A stretch of 64,000 bases of DNA from Macrostomum hystrix. Its lineage: Eukaryota > Animalia > Platyhelminthes. The stretch is taken from NCBI GenBank assembly GCA_950097015.1, contig CATNEN010000039.1, forward strand, positions 9,796,001 through 9,860,000, given 5' to 3'. Below, piece by piece: positions 62,309 through 64,000 of the stretch. A program made the translations under genes and the position numbers. Below the pieces are notes generated by a model. It did no database searches, was not told where the DNA came from, and saw only the letters and a list, made by a program, of their open reading frames with translations. Numbering within the stretch: the stretch's first letter is position 1; the number at the start of each line of letters is the position of its first letter.

Positions 62309-64000
62309 GGCCAAGAGCTTTTTCACTCAGTGATGGGATGCAGTGAGAACTAAGTTATAATTTAACTTCCTCCTAGATAGTAACGGCACTTCCAAATCCA
62401 GAGTTTGAAACTCAAATAGAAGCAGTTTTATTTAGCAGGTGCGTCTCTGCGACTGGCTATTGTGCGATGAGTCTCAGCTCTTCTAATTGGCGTTCAGGAA
62501 TACAAAATGCCTAGTGCTCCTCAGGACCCACATTTTTTAACCCGGCTGCAATGAGAAACTATAGGTACTCAAAACATTTTTCACGTAGCTTATAGCTTCA
62601 ATTAACTTGCCTCATTATTTGCGGAAGAGCTGCGCATGTCTCATATGGATTAACCATCATGCTTCCAGTTGTTTCCAAAGCAGTTTGGTATGATTTTTGC
62701 TTGTGTCTATACAAAAGGCAATGCTTTCTTCCTCTTCTGCTTAGAAAGTTTTTGTCATAATCCACAAACTGGATTAGGGCCATCTGCTTCTACCGCAAAC
62801 TGCCGCAGCTGTTGAGTCTATAGGCTGGAGTCCGAACCTCTTCTCTCTGAAAGTCAGGAGAAAGAGAGCGATGAAAGCATGTCTAGGAAGTTGTAAAGTA
62901 AGGCAAGAAGGTCAGATACATGTGGTTTAACTAGAGATTTAATCATCAAAGCAGAGTTGGGCATCGTTAGAAATATTTTAACTTCGTCAAATTAATAACC
63001 GTTAATGAGATTAACGAGACTTAACTTAAACTTTCGCTAAAAAAAGAAAGAATTGACTTTCATCATTGATAAAAGTTTAATTTCTGTTGTTCTGAAACAG
63101 ACATCTTTCACAATTATTACACAGTTTCACTCGATTTATTACAGATATGCCTCATCCAGTACCATGCCAATGCCATCCACCGTAAAAAGAAGAATTTAAC
63201 AATTTAATTACACAATTCATAAGCAAATAACTGTTCATTAAATGTGTAATAGTGTGGCCGCGTTACATAGTTATTGCATTGTTTATCTTCATTCTTCAAC
63301 AAACAAGAGTGTCTTTTTGTTGTTTGTTGAAGAATGTTGTTGAACTACAAAAAGGAACTCTTGTTTTAGCTATTAAGTAATATTTTTTAATAATAACTCA
63401 CTTGCTCACTCTCATGCTTCTCTGATTGTCACAACTCTTTGTTTTACTTGTTACGCAATAACGATTTTCGTAATAGTAAAAGCAAATCCGGAAACAAGCT
63501 TCCCAGATTTACAAATTTCCTTGTGAAAGAAATTAATTACCGGACCATGAAATTTGACGAGTCGGTTGAATTAGAAAAACTTGAAGTTAACTTAAAAAGT
63601 TACTTATGTCCGTTTAAAGTTAAGAAAAAATTTGCTCTTATTAACGGACCAATGCCAAACACTGCATCAAAGGCACTGTGAAAGAATAACTTGTACCTGA
63701 GTAAGTAAGGGCAGATGAACAAACCTGCGAGACTTTTCGTCATCGGTAACGTGTCTGTGCTCGTGCCTTTGTAATGTTTAAAGATCAGTAAAATGGGTAG
63801 AATTGCATTCTAGCTAGCTGAGGGTTGGCAGTCACTAGATTATGGTTCACCGGCCTACAGCCCCCTTACACCTGCGAATATTACTATGTTATTTGGTCGA
63901 ATACAATTGAGTAAGTTATCTTAATGAATATATATTTTTTATCGAAAAAACGCTGTCGTGCGAATACCCTCGTTGACCGCTGCCCATTGCTTGCATGTAA

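Overview
Eukaryotic, intron-rich animal DNA. The GC-rich exons, dense intronic minisatellites and gene style suggest a free-living flatworm such as Macrostomum (inference, not verified). The window holds a recently inserted Ty3/Gypsy LTR retrotransposon (identical-looking 237-bp LTRs, GTAAT TSD) with an integrase deletion, and a composite AT-rich satellite. Protein-coding genes: a 13-exon K+-dependent Na+/Ca2+ exchanger (SLC24/NCKX), a mucin-like type-I membrane protein, an intronless FkbM-like methyltransferase, a tetraspanin-like gene, an M28B/NAALADase-like peptidase, a co-oriented housekeeping cluster (RPS12 with an intronic C/D snoRNA candidate, NF-YC, MRPS6, MRPL3, one unknown gene) and a fibrinogen-domain gene. 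Also present are two tRNA-derived SINE families, hAT-type MITEs and many tandem arrays. The most notable observation is that MRPS6 has no in-frame ATG of its own: its second codon follows a splice acceptor directly. This fits a start codon donated by the AUG-terminated flatworm spliced leader within an operon-like cluster. All gene models were built by eye.
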